The notes below the pieces were generated by a model that saw only the letters and a list, made by a program, of their open reading frames with translations, ran no database searches and had not been told where the DNA came from. Of a stretch of DNA of 58,537 bases, positions 1 to 9,254 are shown piece by piece. The DNA is from Gemmatimonadota bacterium (lineage in GTDB: Bacteria; Gemmatimonadota; Gemmatimonadetes; Gemmatimonadales; GWC2-71-9): the NCBI GenBank assembly GCA_036679645.1, contig JAZDCY010000002.1:1-58537 (forward strand), in the 5' to 3' direction. The translations under genes were made by a program, and so were the position numbers. Numbering within the stretch: the stretch's first letter is position 1; every line of letters starts with the position of its first letter.

Positions 1-2
1 GG

Positions 3-545
3 GGGGGGGGAGACGGGATCTGCCTCGAGACCGACTCCGGCCTCGTGCGTACCAGGTGCGTTCCCGCCACCGCGGATCGGGCGGAGCTGGCCCTGGCGGA
101 CGTGACCGATCTGAGCCTCCCAGACATCGAGCTCGAGGTTGGGGAGCAGCTCATCGCGTTCGCCACGGTCGGGGTGCCTCATCTGGTGCTTCTCGTGGAC
201 GATCTGGAGGCGATCGATTTGGTACACCGGGGCGGGGTGCTACGCGGACACCCGTCGCTTGCGGCCGCCGGGGCCAACGTCAACTTCGTGGGCCAAAACG
301 AAGCTGGCTGGGCCATGCGAACCTACGAGCGCGGCGTAGAGGGAGAGACGCTGGCGTGCGGTACAGGCGCGGTGGCCTGCGGCGCCGCTTTGGCGCGAGA
401 GCGGGCCACTCCGTTGCCGTGGGCAGTGGCTAGCCGATCAGGCAGATCGCTGATCGTCTCCGGGACCCCAGCCCCGACCGGGCTCAGCAAGCCGCGGCTG
501 GAAGGCGAGGGCCGAGTCGTCTTTCGCGGTATTCTGGACGGCTGA
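3..545 (+). CDS. dapF: diaminopimelate epimerase, 5'-truncated by window edge
   Basis: Motifs GVPHLV, ANVNF, MRTYERGVEGETLACGTGAVA; frame open from base 3 (GDGICLETDSGLV). Confidence 0.93.
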   Translation, partial: GGGDGICLETDSGLVRTRCVPATADRAELALADVTDLSLPDIELEVGEQLIAFATVGVPHLVLLVDDLEAIDLVHRGGVLRGHPSLAAAGANVNFVGQNEAGWAMRTYERGVEGETLACGTGAVACGAALARERATPLPWAVASRSGRSLIVSGTPAPTGLSKPRLEGEGRVVFRGILDG

Positions 546-745
546 CATCTGCCATCCATGTCGTACCGAGTCGCTCGATCGTCGAAACTGCGTTGTCCTT
601 CTATCCGACCGGCTTGATGTGTCCCGCCATTACTCGACCGTGGAGCGCACAAGATCAGCCGTCCGTCCGGCGTAGCGAATCGTAGCGGCACGCAGGGAGT
701 CCAAATCAAAGAGGGAGAAGGACTTTTTCGGTCAGGGGGGAGCGC

Positions 746-767
746 TGTGGAAAACGAATTGTCCACA
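746..767. promoter_or_regulatory. inverted pair of DnaA-box-like 9-mers
   Basis: TGTGGAAAA (746-754, reverse complement TTTTCCACA fits TTWTNCACA) and TTGTCCACA (759-767, one mismatch), 4 bp apart, intergenic. Confidence 0.45.
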
Positions 768-782
768 CCATGTGTTGGGTTA

Positions 783-810
783 GCTTAACATAACATATCT
801 TATACGACGT
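783..810 (-). other. dif: dif-like XerCD recombination site
   Basis: Minus strand ACGTCGTATAA-GATATG-TTATGTTAAGC: 11-6-11 layout, XerD arm 9/11 to TTATGTTAAAT, XerC-type CGTATAA arm; intergenic between convergent genes. Confidence 0.85.
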
Positions 811-873
811 TAAGCTCCAACTGCGCGAGGTCGAGGGGGTTGGGTTCTCGCACCTCATCCGTCAGATAATGGT

Positions 874-1557
874 CTACTGGGTTCTGTCAAATTGGCGCAG
901 TTCGGCGAGCCGCAACCGGGCTTCGGGAGCTCGCGGAGCATCTTCGAAATCGGCAAGCATGCGCTCGTAGGCAGCGACCGCTTGAGCGGTATCTGCCACC
1001 TCGGCGAAGACCCGGCCGGCGTCCATCAGCAGGTCCGCGCGCACCAACTCGTAGCCCGGCCCGCTTGCGCCTTCGAGGTACGCGCTTCCGGCTTGCGCTA
1101 ACTGGCCGGTCTGCTCGAGCGCCGCACCGTAGAGGCCGTACGCCATTGCCCGAAACTGCGACGACGGACCGTCAGCGATGAACTGGGCGAGTTCCGCGGT
1201 GGCGAGATCGGCTTGCCCCTGGAGCAACTGGACCTGGCCGAGTACGAGGTGTGCCTCTTCGGCGGCGGCGGACCCGCGGTAGGTCGTGACCAGGCGCGTG
1301 AGATCGTTTGCCGCCAGCGCGAGGTTGCCCGCCTCGGCGGCGAGGCGCGCCGACTGCAGTTCGCGCTGCGCGAAGGTCTCCCGGCGCTGACGATACGAAA
1401 CCGTGAACCAGATGCCGACTACGATGACGGCGAGTACCACAAGCCCGATCGTCAGCTGGCGTTGGTGCGCCTGATACCACGTGACGATGCGCTCGAATCG
1501 CTCGGCGTCGTCGCGTTTTCCCTCTGTATTGGTCTCTTGTTGGGCCGCTGCCTTCAC
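874..1557 (-). CDS. membrane-anchored TPR protein (YfgM-like)
   Basis: One N-terminal TM helix (LTIGLVVLAVIVVGIWF) followed by TPR-like Ala/Leu helical repeats. Confidence 0.7.
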   Translation of the reverse strand: MKAAAQQETNTEGKRDDAERFERIVTWYQAHQRQLTIGLVVLAVIVVGIWFTVSYRQRRETFAQRELQSARLAAEAGNLALAANDLTRLVTTYRGSAAAEEAHLVLGQVQLLQGQADLATAELAQFIADGPSSQFRAMAYGLYGAALEQTGQLAQAGSAYLEGASGPGYELVRADLLMDAGRVFAEVADTAQAVAAYERMLADFEDAPRAPEARLRLAELRQFDRTQ

Positions 1558-1632
1558 ATCACACTCGCGTGGTCGTGTACCGCTCGTATCGGGCTGTTGC
1601 GTCCCCGCCCCGCCCCAATCCCCGAGGTCACA

Positions 1633-1705
1633 TGCCCCTGGGGTGACTCGAACACCCGGCCAACGGTTTAGGAAACCGCTGCTCTATCCGCTGAGCTACA
1701 GGGGC
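1633..1705 (-). tRNA. tRNA-Arg(CCT)
   Basis: GCCCCTGTAGCTCAGCGGATAGAGCA-GCGGT-TTCCTAA-ACCGT...GTTCGAGTC...CAGGGGCA cloverleaf; CCA not encoded. Confidence 0.95.
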
Positions 1706-1759
1706 GTCGAAGGTGAACAACTTAACCGGTTGCGACGCGTAACGGGATGGTGCGCGGGG

Positions 1760-2263
1760 CTATGCCGGACGCGGGTAGACTATGAGCGCCTCCAATCGGT
1801 CGCCGGGCAGTTTGGCTCGCCCATCCAGCGGAGCGATCTCAATCAGGAACGAAAAACCCGCCACCGTACCACCCGACATCGCGATCGTGTCGCAGGCCGC
1901 ACGAGCGCGATCATGCTCGTCTACGGCGTCCGTGTGGACCTCGATCGCCGCGTTGCCATACTCGAGCGTATACTCGACGCGGTGCCGCTCCCGCGGGAGC
2001 TTTCCTTCCTTCCGCGCCGGTACCAGGCCCGCTCCCAACTCCAGCGAAATGGGCCCACCAAGAATGAAGCCGCGCGACTCGATGCCGAGGACTTTGGTGA
2101 TCCCGGAGTCCCGAAAGGGATCTGCCATTCGGGTAATCGCACGGCGAAAAAGCACCGGGTCGGCAAGGAGCGGAGTGATGTCGCGAAAAACAACACCCGG
2201 TGTGGGAAAATCGGGAACATCGTGGATAGCTGCGTAGAAGTCGTCTAAGGGGCTGGCAGGCAT
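1760..2263 (-). CDS. apt: adenine phosphoribosyltransferase lacking the PRPP-binding loop (possibly inactive or misassembled)
   Basis: PDFPTPGVVFRDITPLL, GIESRGF, RKEGKLP and YTLEYG present; VLxVDDxLATGGT motif absent. Confidence 0.85.
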   Translation of the reverse strand: MPASPLDDFYAAIHDVPDFPTPGVVFRDITPLLADPVLFRRAITRMADPFRDSGITKVLGIESRGFILGGPISLELGAGLVPARKEGKLPRERHRVEYTLEYGNAAIEVHTDAVDEHDRARAACDTIAMSGGTVAGFSFLIEIAPLDGRAKLPGDRLEALIVYPRPA

Positions 2264-2281
2264 TGTTCTCCGCAGGGATAA

Positions 2282-2569
2282 CTATTTGATTTCAAAGCGC
2301 TTACATGAGATAGTGTGATCCGGAATATCGGATCTTTCAACATTATCAACACGGGCGAACCGCGGTCCGGCGCCGAGCGCGGCCTCTAGCTCCGCTATGG
2401 ATTGTTTCGATCCGGCGGCAACCACCTCCACCCGCCCATCCGGCAGGTTCCTCGCCCATCCGGCGATGGCCAGATCCTCGGCTTTCCGCTGGACGTACCA
2501 GCGAAAACCCACGCCCTGAACGCGACCGGCCACCGTCCAACGGACCGTCTCGCGCTCGGGTTGGGTCAT
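2282..2569 (-). CDS. acyP: acylphosphatase
   Basis: GRVQGVGFR and GWARNLPDGRVEV signatures; ATG at 2569 overlaps the dedA stop. Confidence 0.93.
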   Translation of the reverse strand: MTQPERETVRWTVAGRVQGVGFRWYVQRKAEDLAIAGWARNLPDGRVEVVAAGSKQSIAELEAALGAGPRFARVDNVERSDIPDHTISCKRFEIK

Positions 2570-3210
2570 TCCGTGCCGGGTTCCAGCTTTGGCCTGGCCC
2601 CGCGGCGGCGGTGCCGCACCGTGTAAACGACGATAAGAATCATGAGGACAGGTGCCAGAATGAGGAAGGCCCGCATCACGAGTCGCTGAACGTCGTCGTC
2701 GAGCAGCACGTCCGCATGCCGCCCCAGATACCAGCCGATCCACGTCAGCACCCCGCACCAGATCCCTGCACCGAGGGCGGTGTAGATGGCGAAGAGGTCG
2801 AGGCGCATTCGTGACAGACCGGCAGGCAGCGAGATATACTGACGCACCAGAGGTACCAGCCGGCCCACGAACGTACTGATCTCGCCGTGCCGTCGGAAGA
2901 ACTCCTCCGCACGGTCCAGCGATCCCTCCTTCATGAGGAGGTAGCGGTGATACCGGTGCAACAGCGGCCGCCCCAGCCGGACCGCCACGAAGTAGTTGAA
3001 TAGGGCTCCGACCACGCTTCCGAGTACCCCCGCACCAAGCGCCAGATAGCCATTCATCGCGCCCTTGGCCGCGTTATAGCCGGCCGGCGGCAACACGATC
3101 TCGCTGGGAAATGGGAAGAACGACGATTCCAGCGCCATGAGGATTGCGATTCCGGGGTATCCAATGGAGAGGATCGTGTCGGCGAGCCAATTGACGATGG
3201 ATTCGATCAC
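2566..3210 (-). CDS. DedA family membrane protein
   Basis: ESSFFPFPSEIVLPPAG, FVGRLVPLVRQYISLPAG. Confidence 0.92.
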   Translation of the reverse strand: MIESIVNWLADTILSIGYPGIAILMALESSFFPFPSEIVLPPAGYNAAKGAMNGYLALGAGVLGSVVGALFNYFVAVRLGRPLLHRYHRYLLMKEGSLDRAEEFFRRHGEISTFVGRLVPLVRQYISLPAGLSRMRLDLFAIYTALGAGIWCGVLTWIGWYLGRHADVLLDDDVQRLVMRAFLILAPVLMILIVVYTVRHRRRGARPKLEPGTE

Positions 3211-3222
3211 GTGAAGGGCGTG

Positions 3223-3894
3223 TCAGCGGGAGCTGGGGTAGCCATGGCGCCCGATCAGGGGCACGAACTGGGCCTCCCCCAGGCACTCTTCATGAAACGC
3301 GCTACCCCGCCGCGTGACGCGGACCAGCTCCTGCCGGCCCCGCTCTCCCCGCTCCAGCGGAAGGACCAGACGCCCGCCATCGACGAGCTGCTCGACCAGG
3401 GGCTGAGGAATCTTGGGGGTAGCCGCGGCGACCAGGATACCGTCGTATGGTGCTTCGTCCGGCCAGCCGAGCGATCCGTCGCCCTTGAACACGCGGACCC
3501 CATCCACGCCGGCACTCTCCAGCGCCGCGCGGGCCGATCGCGCCAGGCGCGCGATGCGCTCGACGGAGATCACCTCCGCCACCAACAGCGAAAGGAGGGC
3601 GGCCTGGTACCCCGACCCGGTCCCGATCTCCAACACCCGTTCGTGCCCGCGAAGGGCCAACGCTGCAAGATACCGGGCCTGCGTGGAGGGCTGCGAGATC
3701 GTCTGGCCGTTCCCTATTGGGAGCGACGTGTCCTCGTACGCCTGCCGCAGCAGCGCCTCCGGTACGAAGCGATGCCGTGGGATCTCCCCAAACGCCCGGA
3801 GGATCGCGAGGTCCTCGATGCCCTGCGCGCGAAGCTGCTCCACGAGCCGGGACCGGAACCCGCCGTAGGTGTCTGCTACGCTCCCAGCCGCCAT
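3223..3894 (-). CDS. pcm: protein-L-isoaspartate O-methyltransferase
   Basis: IPRHRFV, GQTISQP, VLEIGTGSGYQAA, GDGSLGWP..APYD, FVPLIG; start taken at ATG 3894; adjacent to surE. Confidence 0.95.
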   Translation of the reverse strand: MAAGSVADTYGGFRSRLVEQLRAQGIEDLAILRAFGEIPRHRFVPEALLRQAYEDTSLPIGNGQTISQPSTQARYLAALALRGHERVLEIGTGSGYQAALLSLLVAEVISVERIARLARSARAALESAGVDGVRVFKGDGSLGWPDEAPYDGILVAAATPKIPQPLVEQLVDGGRLVLPLERGERGRQELVRVTRRGSAFHEECLGEAQFVPLIGRHGYPSSR

Positions 3895-4625
3895 GCGCTC
3901 ACGGCTTCGAGCAACCCGTAGTTCGTGAGATCCACGTGTAGCGGGGTTACCGAAATGTGGCGATCCCGGATGGCGCGAAAGTCGGAGTCGTCTCGCCCGG
4001 ACCAGGAGATGTGACCTCCGCCAATCCAATACACCAGACGGCCCCACGGGTCTTTGGTCTTGGCGATCGATCCCTCAAAGACGCGGCTGCCGAGTGTCGT
4101 GACACGAATTCCCTCGATATCATCGCCGGGCACCGGTGGCAGGTTGATATTCAGCAGTGTCTCCTTTGGGAAGTCTTCGACTTTGGCGATGTTCCGGGTC
4201 AGCCGCTCAATCCAGGGGCGCTGGCTCTCGATCAGTTCCCGTTGCCCGCCGGCGAATGAGAATGCGACGCTGGGAATTCCCGCCGCGAGTCCCTCCATCG
4301 CGGCAGCGACCGTGCCGGAGTAGAGGACGTCCTCCCCCATGTTCGGGCCGTGGTTGATGCCGGAGAATACGAAATCGGGGCGCTCCGCGAGCAGTGTGTT
4401 CAGCGCGAGCAGTACGCAATCGGTGGGTGTGCCGTCGACCTGGTAGGTGTCGTCGCCCCGTTGCACCGGCCGCAGGGGGCGAGTCAGCGTTAGCGAGTGG
4501 CTGGCGCCGCTCTGCTCGCGGTCTGGAGCTATCACGGTTACGTCGGCGATCGTGTGGCAGACCTCGGCAAGGACCCGGAGGCCCTCGGCGTGCACGCCGT
4601 CGTCGTTACTGACGAGAATGCGCAA
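3876..4625 (-). CDS. surE: 5'/3'-nucleotidase SurE
   Basis: ILVSNDDG, QSGASHSLT, DGTPTDCV, SGINHGPNMG, YSGTVAAA. Confidence 0.96.
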   Translation of the reverse strand: MRILVSNDDGVHAEGLRVLAEVCHTIADVTVIAPDREQSGASHSLTLTRPLRPVQRGDDTYQVDGTPTDCVLLALNTLLAERPDFVFSGINHGPNMGEDVLYSGTVAAAMEGLAAGIPSVAFSFAGGQRELIESQRPWIERLTRNIAKVEDFPKETLLNINLPPVPGDDIEGIRVTTLGSRVFEGSIAKTKDPWGRLVYWIGGGHISWSGRDDSDFRAIRDRHISVTPLHVDLTNYGLLEAVSAWRLGA

Positions 4626-4983
4626 CGATGTCCTTGCCGTCGAGAACCTGGAGAATCTCCTCGAGGTCGGCCCGAAGCGCCTGGATGGTCTCGTGCTGAA
4701 GCGCGAAACGCGCTTCGGTCTTGAGTTGTCCGGTCCGCCGATAGTGGTCGATCCGAAGCCGCGCGCCCTCGATCGTGTACTTCTCGGTGTACAGCAGGTG
4801 TTTGACGAGCATGATCAGCTCGATCTCTCGCCGCTGGTACACGCGGTTGCCGGACCGGTTCTTTGCGGGATGCAGGAAGCGGAACTGACTCTCCCAATAG
4901 CGGAGCACGTGCGGCTTCAGGTCCGTCAACTGGCAGACGTCCCCGATCGCGAAGAACTCCTGTAGCGGTCGCGACGCGGTCAC
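4606..4983 (-). CDS. MerR-family HTH regulator
   Basis: FAIGDVC...HVLRYWESQF..LHPAKNRSGNRVY...YTIEGA. Confidence 0.9.
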   Translation of the reverse strand: MTASRPLQEFFAIGDVCQLTDLKPHVLRYWESQFRFLHPAKNRSGNRVYQRREIELIMLVKHLLYTEKYTIEGARLRIDHYRRTGQLKTEARFALQHETIQALRADLEEILQVLDGKDIVAHSRQ

Positions 4984-5975
4984 TGCAACTCCGCTTTCAG
5001 TTCACGTTCCATCAGATCTTCGATCGCCTGTCTTGGCGGCTTGTCTTCGAACAGCACATTGGCGACCTCGACCGCGATGGGAAGCTCGATCCCCTCTTGC
5101 TGTGCAAGCTCGACCGCGGTCCGGGCAGTCCGCACCCCTTCTACGACAGATTGCTGTTCGGCGAGGATGCTCTCGAGCTTCCGTCCCTTGCCGATCTCTA
5201 CGCCGAGGCTCCGGTTGCGACTCAGGCCACCGGTGGCGGTGAGCAGCAAGTCGCCCATGCCGGCTAGCCCGGCAAATGTGAACGGATCCGCGCCTAGCGC
5301 TACCCCCAATCGGGTCACCTCGGCTAGTCCGCGCGTGACGAGCGCGGCTCTCGGGTTGTAGCCGAGGCCAAGCCCGTCGAGAATCCCCGCGGCAAGCGCA
5401 ATGACGTTCTTCAGTGCGCCGCACAACTCGACCCCGACCACGTCGCCCGATGTGTAGACCCGGAAGTAACTGGTGGAGAAAGCGCGCTGCACCGTCTCCG
5501 CCGCGGCGCTGTCCCGGGATGCGGCGACCACGGCGGTGGGCTGCTGCTGCTGAACCTCTCGCGCAAAGCTCGGTCCAGAAAGCACGACGACAGGGCAGCT
5601 GGGAAGCGTCTCGCCCAGGATCTGGCTCATCGACTCGTGGCTTCCCTCTTCCAGTCCCTTCGAGAGGCTCACGATGATGACAGTCCGACCTGCGAGGGCC
5701 TCGGCGACCCGGGCGCTGACCGCCCGTACTGCGTGTGACGGTGCGGCCGACACCACGATCTCGGCGTCGGCGATCGCGTCAGCGATGTCGCGGTGGGCCA
5801 CGAGGTCGGGGTGGAGCGCGGCGTCCGCGAGGAACACGGTGTTCTCGTGATGCTGGTTGATTGCGTCCACGACCTGTGGTTCGAGCGCCCAGATGCTCGT
5901 TGCGTGCCCGTTGCGCGCGAGCAGGTCGGCGACTGCCGTACCCCAACTCCCCGCACCGATCACGGCGATTTTCAC
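4980..5975 (-). CDS. gpsA: NAD(P)H-dependent glycerol-3-phosphate dehydrogenase
   Basis: GAGSWGTA, SKGLE, LSGPSFA, GALKNVIA, GLAGMGDL, SRNR. Confidence 0.96.
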   Translation of the reverse strand: MKIAVIGAGSWGTAVADLLARNGHATSIWALEPQVVDAINQHHENTVFLADAALHPDLVAHRDIADAIADAEIVVSAAPSHAVRAVSARVAEALAGRTVIIVSLSKGLEEGSHESMSQILGETLPSCPVVVLSGPSFAREVQQQQPTAVVAASRDSAAAETVQRAFSTSYFRVYTSGDVVGVELCGALKNVIALAAGILDGLGLGYNPRAALVTRGLAEVTRLGVALGADPFTFAGLAGMGDLLLTATGGLSRNRSLGVEIGKGRKLESILAEQQSVVEGVRTARTAVELAQQEGIELPIAVEVANVLFEDKPPRQAIEDLMERELKAELQ

Positions 5976-5976
5976 G

Positions 5977-6576
5977 TCACGTCTCCCGCCGTCGGCCGAA
6001 CCGCGACTCGGTCCCGTCCATCAGCCGATGAACATTGGTGCGGTGCGTGTAGAGGATGAAGCCAGACAGTGCGATCCCCACCCAAATGGTGTACGGATCG
6101 GCCTGGAGCAGCCATGCGGCAACGGGGAACGTGATCGCTCCCAGGATCGACGATAGCGACACGAATCCGCTGAGCTTGAGGGCGGCCAGCCAGACGACCG
6201 CGCTCACGGCCATGGCGAGGGGGGCCAGGCTGAGTACCACGCCCGCGGCAGTAGCCACGCCCTTCCCGCCCCGGAAACGCGCGAAAGCGGAGAAGACGTG
6301 TCCGAAGATGGCGCTGACCCCGGCGGCGAGCGGCATCCATGCGTCGTCGCCGGCGAGCGGCCCCAGCAGGAGTACCGGAACGGCACCCTTTGCGATGTCG
6401 AACGTGCCGACCGGCACCGCGTATTTCCATCCCAGGACCCGATAGACGTTTGTCGCGCCGAGATTCTTGCTCCCTCGCGTCCGGAGATCGATGCCGGCGC
6501 CGTAGCGTGCCGCGAGCAGACTGGTCGGGATGGCTCCCAAGAGGTAGGAGCCGACGAGGACGAGGGCGAGGGTCAC
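5977..6576 (-). CDS. plsY: glycerol-3-phosphate acyltransferase PlsY
   Basis: GSKNLGATNVYR, DIAKG, GHVFS..FRGGKGVAT, HRTNVHRL. Confidence 0.95.
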   Translation of the reverse strand: MTLALVLVGSYLLGAIPTSLLAARYGAGIDLRTRGSKNLGATNVYRVLGWKYAVPVGTFDIAKGAVPVLLLGPLAGDDAWMPLAAGVSAIFGHVFSAFARFRGGKGVATAAGVVLSLAPLAMAVSAVVWLAALKLSGFVSLSSILGAITFPVAAWLLQADPYTIWVGIALSGFILYTHRTNVHRLMDGTESRFGRRRET

Positions 6577-7898
6577 CTGTTCCCGCGTCTCTTCTTGAGC
6601 TTCAGGCGCAGCGGCACGCCGCCAAACTGCCAGGCGCGACGGAATCCGTTGATGAGGTACCGACGATAGCTCTCGGGGATGTCGTCAGGCCGGTTGGTCA
6701 CCACCGCGAAGGTCGGGGGCGCCGTGGCAATCTGCGAGGCGTAGAGCAGCTTGACCTCCTTCCCCACGGCCTGTGGTGGCTGCGTCCGTTGCACCAGCTC
6801 GCCGAGCACCGTGTTTACCTCGTTGGTAGGAATCCGCCGGTCGCGGTCCCGCGCGGTCTCCAGGATGACGTCGAGCACCTTGCGCACGCGCAGCCCGGTT
6901 AGCGCCGACACGTAGAGGAACGGTACGGTCCGCAGAAACGGCGCTCGCTCGATCGCTTCCCTTTCGCCCCGTACCGACGTTGTCGTGTCCTTGTCCTCAA
7001 TCAGGTCCCACTTGTTCACGGTCACGATCAGGCCGGTGCCTCGCTCCCACGCCGCCGCGGCGATCCTGATGTCCTGGGCGTGCATTCCGTCTGCGGCGTC
7101 GACGACCAACACGCAAACATCCGCCCGTTCGATCGCCCGTTCCGTCCGCAAGGTGGAGTAGAACTCGACCTCATCTTCTACTTTCGATCGTTTTCGTAAC
7201 CCCGCAGTATCAATGAAGTTGAGGGTCGTGTTGTGATACCGCAAGGGGGAGTCGACCGCGTCTCGGGTGGTGCCCGCATCTGGCGCCACTACTGCACGCT
7301 CTTCGCCGAGGATGCGATTGACGATGCTGGACTTGCCAACGTTTGGACGGCCCAGGACGGCCACGCCAATCTCACCTTCTCGCGCACCTCCCGTCGTTTC
7401 CTCCGGGAGCATCTGCACGAGCTGGTCGAGCAGGTCCCCGGTTCCCTTGCCGGTGGCGGCGCTCACCGGGCACGGGGTGCCGAGGCCCAATTCGTGGAAC
7501 TGGTGGTGCGAGGTATCCGACGCCAGGTCATCCGCTTTGTTGGCTACGACGAGCACGTGGGTAGCGCGGGGTCGTAACAGCCCCGCTACTTCGAGGTCGG
7601 CGGGGTGGACCCCTTCCCGCGTATCGACCACGAAGAGCACGGCGTCGGCCGATTGAATGGCCGCTTCGACCTGTTGTCGGATGGCCCGGGTGAGGGTGTC
7701 ATCGGCGCCGGCAATCCAGCCCCCGGTATCGACCAGCCACATGTCCCGCCCGTTCCAGGTAGCCGGTCCGAAATGGCGATCGCGCGTGATGCCCGGTCGG
7801 TCGTGGACGATGGCGCGGCGGCCACCGACCACTCGGTTGAAGAGGGTCGATTTCCCGACATTGGGCCGCCCGACGATGGCGACCGTGGCGCGACTCAT
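6573..7898 (-). CDS. der: ribosome biogenesis GTPase Der
   Basis: Two GRPNVGKS G-domains with DTGG/DTAG and NKAD/NKWD; KH-like C-terminus. Confidence 0.97.
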   Translation of the reverse strand: MSRATVAIVGRPNVGKSTLFNRVVGGRRAIVHDRPGITRDRHFGPATWNGRDMWLVDTGGWIAGADDTLTRAIRQQVEAAIQSADAVLFVVDTREGVHPADLEVAGLLRPRATHVLVVANKADDLASDTSHHQFHELGLGTPCPVSAATGKGTGDLLDQLVQMLPEETTGGAREGEIGVAVLGRPNVGKSSIVNRILGEERAVVAPDAGTTRDAVDSPLRYHNTTLNFIDTAGLRKRSKVEDEVEFYSTLRTERAIERADVCVLVVDAADGMHAQDIRIAAAAWERGTGLIVTVNKWDLIEDKDTTTSVRGEREAIERAPFLRTVPFLYVSALTGLRVRKVLDVILETARDRDRRIPTNEVNTVLGELVQRTQPPQAVGKEVKLLYASQIATAPPTFAVVTNRPDDIPESYRRYLINGFRRAWQFGGVPLRLKLKKRRGNR

Positions 7899-9172
7899 GG
7901 CGCCGCCCGATCCAGCAGCGCGTCACCGAAATCGTAGGAGAACCGCACATCGTATCCCAGCCCGGCGCCCAGGGTATCGCCCGCGACATCGTCGATCAGG
8001 AACCCGGCGTCGTTCACGGCTTCTGCGGGCAGCAGCGCAAGATCGAGATCGGGCCGGGCCTCGAGCGCGCGGCGGAAGGTCCGGCCCGGGAGTAGCCCGG
8101 CGGTGGTCACCGCAGGGCCAAAGAGATCGTTCTCGAGCGGCACGACGTCATAGGTCGCGCCGGTCGCGTCCCGCAGCCTGTTGAGCACGAGGGGCAGTAG
8201 CCGGCCCATTGCGGTTCCAGTGAAGACCCCTATCCGCGTGCCGGTGAGCCCCGGCAACTGGGATCCGTATGCCGCGATGCGCTGCTCCAGGTAGCGCACG
8301 CTGCCGACGCCGTTTTCCACCTGCTCGAACCCGCCGTACGAGTCGGTGGGTGGAAGAGGGAGATCGGCCACTAGGTACAACTCGTCCGATCCGAAGACCC
8401 ACGGCGTTCCCCGCTCGCCCTGCGCCCGTGCGGCGATTGTGTCCAACACGTCGACCGCGGCCCGGCACTCGTCTCGATTCGGTTCCCTTACGAGCGCGAC
8501 CTTGCTAAACGCGGTGAGACCCACCGGCACGACCGAGACCGACAGCACGATGTCGCCGAGATCGTAGAGGTCCTCGAGGCTCCGCGCGAGCACGTCGCCG
8601 TCGTTCACCGCGGGCTGGAGCACGATCTGTGTGTGGACGCGAATGCCGTTGGCCCCGAATGACTGCAGCTGCTCGAGCACGTCGGGGGCCCGCGGGTTCC
8701 GCAGATAGCGACGCCGGATGACCGAATCGGTGGCGTGCACCGAGACGTAGAGCGGCGAGAGATGATACTCGAAGATCCGCTCGATGTCCTTCGGCTTCAG
8801 GTTGGTGAGCGTCGCGAAGTTGCCGTACCGGAACGAAAGGCGATAGTCGTCGTCGCGGATATAGAGGTTGCGCCGCAACCCCGGTGGCAGGCCATCCACA
8901 AAACAGAAATCGCAACGATTGGCGCATCGGCGGATCCGGGGCGGCTCCAACTCGACGCCCATAGGAAGACCTTCCGGCCGTCGGACATCGTAATTGGTGG
9001 TCTCACCCGTGGGATCCGTCGCGCGCAGGGCGAACTGCTCGTCCGCGGAGAGGAACTCCCAGTCGAGAAAATCCTCGAGCGGCCGGCCGTTGATCGACAC
9101 GAGCTCGGTTCCGGGCACGAGGCCGAGGTCGGCACCCAGTGTCTCCGGAGCCACGGCCAAGACGCGGACCAT
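7895..9172 (-). CDS. DUF512 family PDZ plus radical-SAM-like Fe-S protein
   Basis: CANRCDFC (CxxxCxxC), DDDYRLSF, ENGVG, TTAGLL; commonly adjacent to der. Confidence 0.88.
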   Translation of the reverse strand: MVRVLAVAPETLGADLGLVPGTELVSINGRPLEDFLDWEFLSADEQFALRATDPTGETTNYDVRRPEGLPMGVELEPPRIRRCANRCDFCFVDGLPPGLRRNLYIRDDDYRLSFRYGNFATLTNLKPKDIERIFEYHLSPLYVSVHATDSVIRRRYLRNPRAPDVLEQLQSFGANGIRVHTQIVLQPAVNDGDVLARSLEDLYDLGDIVLSVSVVPVGLTAFSKVALVREPNRDECRAAVDVLDTIAARAQGERGTPWVFGSDELYLVADLPLPPTDSYGGFEQVENGVGSVRYLEQRIAAYGSQLPGLTGTRIGVFTGTAMGRLLPLVLNRLRDATGATYDVVPLENDLFGPAVTTAGLLPGRTFRRALEARPDLDLALLPAEAVNDAGFLIDDVAGDTLGAGLGYDVRFSYDFGDALLDRAAP

Positions 9173-9193
9173 GTGCGTGACCTATCGTGGAGC

Positions 9194-9222
9194 GAAAACG
9201 AGGGAGGGCGTGGCCCTCCCTC
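9194..9222 (-). terminator. probable intrinsic terminator
   Basis: 10-bp stem GAGGGAGGGC/GCCCTCCCTC (9200-9222) followed by GTTTTC on the minus strand, about 30 nt after the TPR gene stop. Confidence 0.6.
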
Positions 9223-9254
9223 CGGTGACAGCGAACCGCGCGAAAGCTAAGGTG

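Noticed and set aside
1..10. Poly-G run at window start
   Set aside because: Likely contig-end or sequencing artefact; no context to interpret.
323..766. 147-aa minus-strand ORF
   Set aside because: Overlaps dapF antisense and the intergenic sites; composition not protein-like.
546..873. oriC interpretation of DnaA boxes plus AT-rich patch
   Set aside because: The AT-rich patch is explained by the dif site, only two boxes are present, no dnaA/dnaN is nearby, and genes converge rather than diverge.
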